The notes below the pieces were generated by a model. The model saw only the letters and a list, made by a program, of their open reading frames with translations, was not told the DNA's origin and searched no databases. Shown one piece after another: positions 17,826-24,000 of a stretch of DNA of 24,000 nucleotides. The stretch is from positions 9,739 through 33,738 of the forward strand of contig NCAP01000015.1 of NCBI GenBank assembly GCA_002255495.1, in the 5' to 3' direction. A program made the translations under genes and the position numbers. This DNA comes from Rhodospirillales bacterium 20-60-12. GTDB lineage: Bacteria; Pseudomonadota; Alphaproteobacteria; Acetobacterales; Acetobacteraceae. Each line of letters opens with the position of its first letter. The stretch's first letter is position 1.

Positions 17826-17909
17826 CGCCGCGCGCACATTGATGGCCGGCATCGTTCAGGGGAAAGCCCAACGCTCCATCTTCTCCGGCATTCACAAGTG
17901 AGACTTTCA

Positions 17910-19484
<1,575 letters not shown>

Positions 19485-19501
19485 ACGGGAGACTATAACG
19501 A

Positions 19502-19524
19502 CCAAGGGGCTTTATGCCCCTTGG
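19502..19524. terminator. Hairpin between convergent leuA and the lipoprotein gene (likely bidirectional terminator)
   Basis: Perfect 9-bp GC-rich stem CCAAGGGGC (19502-19510) / GCCCCTTGG (19516-19524) with loop TTTAT. The flanks are only weakly T-rich. Confidence 0.6.
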
Positions 19525-19561
19525 ATCCTCCAGAGCCGCCAGACGGCAGTTCAAGCCTCTT

Positions 19562-19813
19562 TCAGCGACCGACCAGAGGGGCGCCCAGATTGATGGTGTG
19601 GGCATTGGTGACGGCACCGCCCAACGCACCGACACCGCCGCCGATCAGCGCGCCTGTGCCGGGTCCGATACCCGTGACAGCACCGACAATGGCACCCGCG
19701 CCGGCGCCGATGGCACCGCCTGAGAGGGCGCGCGAGCCCGGGGTGTAACCGCAGCCGGCGAGACTGATGGCCGTCACGGCAAGAAGCGCCGAAACGCTGA
19801 GTTTACGGATCAT
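19562..19813 (-). CDS. Glycine-zipper small lipoprotein (OsmB / 17-kDa-antigen-like), copy 1
   Basis: The ATG at 19813 gives MIRKLSVSALLAVTAISLAG-C, with lipobox LAGC. GxxxG-rich zipper: GGAIGAGAGAIVGAVTGIGPGTGALIGGGVGALGGAV. Confidence 0.8.
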   Translation of the reverse strand: MIRKLSVSALLAVTAISLAGCGYTPGSRALSGGAIGAGAGAIVGAVTGIGPGTGALIGGGVGALGGAVTNAHTINLGAPLVGR

Positions 19814-19901
19814 GGTTGTTTTTCCTTGTTGGTGGGTGAGACTGGCGATTAAATGGGATGAGGTCGGCCAAAGCCGCTCAAACATGAACGAGATTTATGC
19901 C

Positions 19902-19933
19902 GCAGGACGGCAGTTCGACATAAATCGTCCTGC
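19902..19933 (-). terminator. Hairpin between the two lipoprotein paralogues
   Basis: 8-bp stem GCAGGACG (19902-19909) / CGTCCTGC (19926-19933) with a 16-nt loop, about 25 nt downstream of the copy-2 stop. The trailing U-tract is weak. Confidence 0.35.
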
Positions 19934-19958
19934 CATTCCTGCGGTTGGGCAGCCTATT

Positions 19959-20207
19959 TTATGGCGCGTGACCGAGATTGATGGTGTTGGGATTGGTGAC
20001 GGCACCGCCGATGGCACCAATACCGCCGCCGATCAGGGCCCCGGTTGCGGCAGACCCGCCGGTTGCAGCCCCGATGATCGCACCTGTGCCGGCGCCGATC
20101 GCGCCGCCGGAAAGGGCGCGCGAGCCAGGCGTATAGCCGCAAGCGGCAAGGCTGAGCGCCATGGCAGCAAGCAAAGCGGGGGTTAGGAATTGGCGTTTAA
20201 TCATCAT
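19959..20207 (-). CDS. Glycine-zipper small lipoprotein, copy 2 (tandem paralogue)
   Basis: MMIKRQFLTPALLAAMALSLAA-C, with lipobox LAAC. The mature part CGYTPGSRALSGGAIGAG… is identical to copy 1 over its first 18 residues and similar thereafter. Confidence 0.8.
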   Translation of the reverse strand: MMIKRQFLTPALLAAMALSLAACGYTPGSRALSGGAIGAGTGAIIGAATGGSAATGALIGGGIGAIGGAVTNPNTINLGHAP

Positions 20208-20344
20208 GATCTCCTGTATGATCGTGGGTCAGTGAAATCGGTATGGCGACTAGATAGTGATCCGATCCCGGCATTGCCACGGCAAGACGATGGCAGAACT
20301 ATGAAGCAGGCCCCTTGTGATGCAGCGTGCCAACCTGTAGGTGA

Positions 20345-21421
<1,077 letters not shown>

Positions 21422-21563
21422 GCTGCGTTGAACATCAGATCATGTAGGTCTAGGCTGTGAAATGAAGGCGATCTGGTCAGCATTCAATCTGCGGTGTCTG
21501 GGAGACATACGTGGATCAGCGTAAGCTGAGAAAGCTGATGGATGTGAGGGAGGCTGCCGGCTG

Positions 21564-22427
21564 ATGCTGCGGTTATCGATCCCGGTGCGACAGGCTTTGT
21601 CACGGCTGACTTTGCCGGTGATGCTGCTCGTCTCCTTGGGATTGGTGCTGATCGGCCGGGCTGACCAGGGGCTGGCCGGCCGTTTGCGGATCAGTATCAA
21701 TGATTGGCTGGCACCGGCCTATCAGGCGGTGTCGGCACCGCTTTCCGCCCTGGCGCGCAGCGGCGGGACGTTAGGCGATTTATTCAGGCTGGAAGCCGAT
21801 AATGCCCGGCTCCGGGTCGAAAATGACGAATTGCGCCGCTGGCAGTCGGTCGCGCTCGGGCTGGAAGCACAAAACGAGGCGTTGAAAAGCCAGTTGCACT
21901 ACGTGCCGACGCCGACGCCGAATTTTTTCACAGCCCGCGTGGTCGCGGATCTGGATGGGGTTTACGCCCGTTCGGTTCTGGTCGCGACACCCGATGGCGC
22001 GGGCAATGTGACCGGGGCGATTGCCATGGATGGCCGCGGGCTGGTCGGGCGGGTCGTGGAATCAGGCGATCGGAGTGCCCGGGTGCTGCTGATTACCGAC
22101 CTGAACAGCCGGATCCCGGTTTCGATCGGCACCGGCAATGAGCGGGCTTTGATGATCGGCAATAATGACGGCACGCCGGCCTTGAAATATTGGTCTCCAG
22201 GTCAGCCGCCGGCTGACGGGGCCATGGTTCTGACCAGCGCCGTGGGCGGCATTTTCCCTCCAGGTCTGCCGGTCGGCTTCGTTCATTATGACAGTGATAA
22301 TCAGCCCGTCGTGGTGCCCTTGGCGCAGCTTGATCAATTGGTCGTGCTCCGGCTGTTCGATTACGGGCCGGCGGCGCAGCCATCGCTCAGCAAGCCGGTG
22401 CCGCGCGTGCCGGGCCAGCATCGTTAA
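21564..22427 (+). CDS. mreC: Rod-shape-determining protein MreC
   Basis: N-terminal TM helix, a coiled-coil segment (LRVENDELRRWQ…LKSQL), then a beta-rich domain (GLVGRVVESGDRSARVLLITDLNSRIPV). Sits between mreB and mreD. RBS GAGGGAGG lies 10 nt upstream. Confidence 0.9.
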   Translation: MLRLSIPVRQALSRLTLPVMLLVSLGLVLIGRADQGLAGRLRISINDWLAPAYQAVSAPLSALARSGGTLGDLFRLEADNARLRVENDELRRWQSVALGLEAQNEALKSQLHYVPTPTPNFFTARVVADLDGVYARSVLVATPDGAGNVTGAIAMDGRGLVGRVVESGDRSARVLLITDLNSRIPVSIGTGNERALMIGNNDGTPALKYWSPGQPPADGAMVLTSAVGGIFPPGLPVGFVHYDSDNQPVVVPLAQLDQLVVLRLFDYGPAAQPSLSKPVPRVPGQHR

Positions 22428-22431
22428 GCCT

Positions 22432-22971
22432 ATGGCCCTCAATCTCCGCCGGAACCCCGGGTTTTGGCAGCGTCTGGATATCGCCTCGCGAATGACGTTT
22501 CCGGCCGCCAGCATTCTGTTCGGCATTTTGGTGTTGGGATTGCCAACGATTTTGCCGATGCAAGGCGCGTTGCGCCCGGCTTTTGTGCTGGTTTCGGTGT
22601 TTTTCTGGTCGCTCTACCGGCCATCGTCCCTGCCCGCTCCTGTGTTGGCTCTCCTCGGATTATGCCTCGACCTCGTCGGTGTATCGCCGCTTGGCGTCTG
22701 GCCGGTGATCTTGCTGTTGCTGCACGCGTTGGTGGTGCAATCGCGGCGGCTTTTGGTGAGCCAGGGTTTTTTCATGGTCTGGCTGGCTTTCATCGTCATC
22801 GCGGCCGCTGCCTGCTGGGCAGATTGGGCCGTGCAATCGCTGCTGATGCTGCGGCTGCTGCCGATCGATGCAAGCTTGTTCCAATGGGCGGTCACGATCG
22901 GGCTCTACCCGATATTGGCGGCCGGGTTGATCCGCGCCCATCGCGGCGCGGCGGCGCCGGAACTCGCATGA
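22432..22971 (+). CDS. mreD: Rod-shape-determining protein MreD
   Basis: An internal ATG 4 nt after the mreC stop gives a 179-aa polytopic membrane protein. Position and size fit MreD. The listed longer ORF (22288) overlaps mreC. Confidence 0.8.
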   Translation: MALNLRRNPGFWQRLDIASRMTFPAASILFGILVLGLPTILPMQGALRPAFVLVSVFFWSLYRPSSLPAPVLALLGLCLDLVGVSPLGVWPVILLLLHALVVQSRRLLVSQGFFMVWLAFIVIAAAACWADWAVQSLLMLRLLPIDASLFQWAVTIGLYPILAAGLIRAHRGAAAPELA

Positions 22972-22981
22972 GGCACGTCGC

Positions 22982-24000
22982 GTGAAGCGCGAGGCCAAGC
23001 GGGGCCCGGTTTTTACCCGCCGGGCGCTGATCATCGGCGGCGTGCAGGTCGCCGCCTTCGGGGCATTGGCCACCCGGCTGTACCGGATGCAGGTCGAGCA
23101 GCATGACCGCTACGCGACCTTGGCGCAGCAAAACAGCATCAGCGAACGCCTGATTGCCCCCGAACGCGGGCTGATCACCGATCGGTTCGGCACTATTCTG
23201 GCCGGCAACAAGCAGCATTGGCGGGCCTTGTTCATGCTCAGCGAGGCGCGTGACCCTCATGCCGTGCTGGCCCGCTTTGCCAGCCTGATCGCCTTGTCGG
23301 ACGACGAGATGGCCCGCATCAATCATGATCTGGCGGGCCGGCCGCGCTATATCCCGGTCATGCTGAAGGATTATCTCGATTGGGACGACATGGCGCGGAT
23401 CGAGGTCAATGCGCCCGATCTGCCGGGCGTCATCGTCGATGTCGGCTCCTCCCGGCTTTACCCTTTCGCGCCCAATCTGGCCCATACGATCGGCTATGTC
23501 GCCCGGCCGTCACAAACCGAGGCAGCTGCGGACCCGTTGCTGGCTCTGCCGGGCATGCGGGTCGGCCGGTCCGGTGTGGAACGCGCGCAGGATGAGGCGT
23601 TGCGCGGCAGTCCGGGCGTGTCGCAGACGGAAATGAATGTCCATGGCCAGGTGGTGCGCGTGCTCAATAGCGACCCCGGCGTGGCGGGCGACACGGTGCA
23701 ATTATCGCTCGATATGGGCATGCAGCAATTGGCCGGGCAGAGGCTGCAAGGCCAGATCGGCAGCGCCATCGTGCTCGATGCGACCAACGGCGAAATTCTG
23801 GCAATGGCCAGCGAGCCCTCCTTCGATCCGGCTTTGTTCGACAAAGGCGTGCCCGAGACCCAGTGGAAAGCCTGGATGGGCGACAAGCAGCATCCGCTGA
23901 CCGACCGCTCGACCAGTGGCCTATACGCCCCGGGCTCGACCTTCAAACCAACCGTCGCGCTGGCCGCTTTGGATTGCGGGGCCATTACCGGTGCCACCAT
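22982..24000 (+). CDS. mrdA: Penicillin-binding protein 2 (elongasome transpeptidase), N-terminal ~339 aa; continues past the window
   Basis: Translated by hand from GTG 22982 (GAGG 8 nt upstream): VKREAKRGPVFTRRALIIGGVQVAAFGALATRLYRMQVEQHDRYATLAQQNSISERLIAPERGLITDRFG… The frame stays open to 24000 and reaches the active-site SxxK (APGSTFKP). It is not in the supplied ORF track because it has no stop. Confidence 0.9.
   Translation, partial: MKREAKRGPVFTRRALIIGGVQVAAFGALATRLYRMQVEQHDRYATLAQQNSISERLIAPERGLITDRFGTILAGNKQHWRALFMLSEARDPHAVLARFASLIALSDDEMARINHDLAGRPRYIPVMLKDYLDWDDMARIEVNAPDLPGVIVDVGSSRLYPFAPNLAHTIGYVARPSQTEAAADPLLALPGMRVGRSGVERAQDEALRGSPGVSQTEMNVHGQVVRVLNSDPGVAGDTVQLSLDMGMQQLAGQRLQGQIGSAIVLDATNGEILAMASEPSFDPALFDKGVPETQWKAWMGDKQHPLTDRSTSGLYAPGSTFKPTVALAALDCGAITGAT

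Noticed and set aside
22892-24000. Minus-strand ORFs 22892-23485 (197 aa) and 23494-24000 (168 aa)
   Set aside because: Both are antisense to the open-ended PBP2 (mrdA) frame, which carries clear PBP2 N-terminal features and the SxxK active site. These are shadow ORFs.

Overview
High-GC (roughly 60-65% by eye) chromosomal segment. Gene content and protein styles suggest an alphaproteobacterium, but the taxon cannot be fixed from sequence alone. Most of the window is housekeeping. It holds a partial M3 oligoendopeptidase, a GlcG/DUF336 heme-binding-like protein, the sulfate-activation operon cysD-cysNC-cysQ, a MAPEG membrane protein, leuA, two tandem glycine-zipper lipoproteins, and the cell-shape cluster mreB-mreC-mreD-mrdA (mrdA runs off the 3' end). 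The clear accessory block is about 9.8 kb on the minus strand (2998-12806). It encodes a LuxR-type regulator with every canonical AHL-receptor residue and no luxI in the window. Next come a 2384-aa two-partner-secretion exoprotein (TpsA) and its translationally coupled Omp85-type transporter (TpsB). The TpsA has an unusual build: an N-terminal TPS domain, two GLUG-type repeat modules, a 21-bp-periodic PPPPPKN repeat, and an ~815-aa low-complexity Ala/Ser/Thr/Gly/Pro tail with no recognisable toxin or enzyme domain. The second item worth follow-up is a translationally coupled pair with no E1/JAB partner nearby: a six-Asp-box (BNR) beta-propeller and a MoaD/ThiS-like beta-grasp protein ending in Gly-Gly. 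A 19-codon Leu-rich mini-ORF upstream of leuA is a candidate attenuation leader. I recognised no tRNA, rRNA, CRISPR array, transposase or integrase. All homology statements come from motif recognition by eye, not from database searches.
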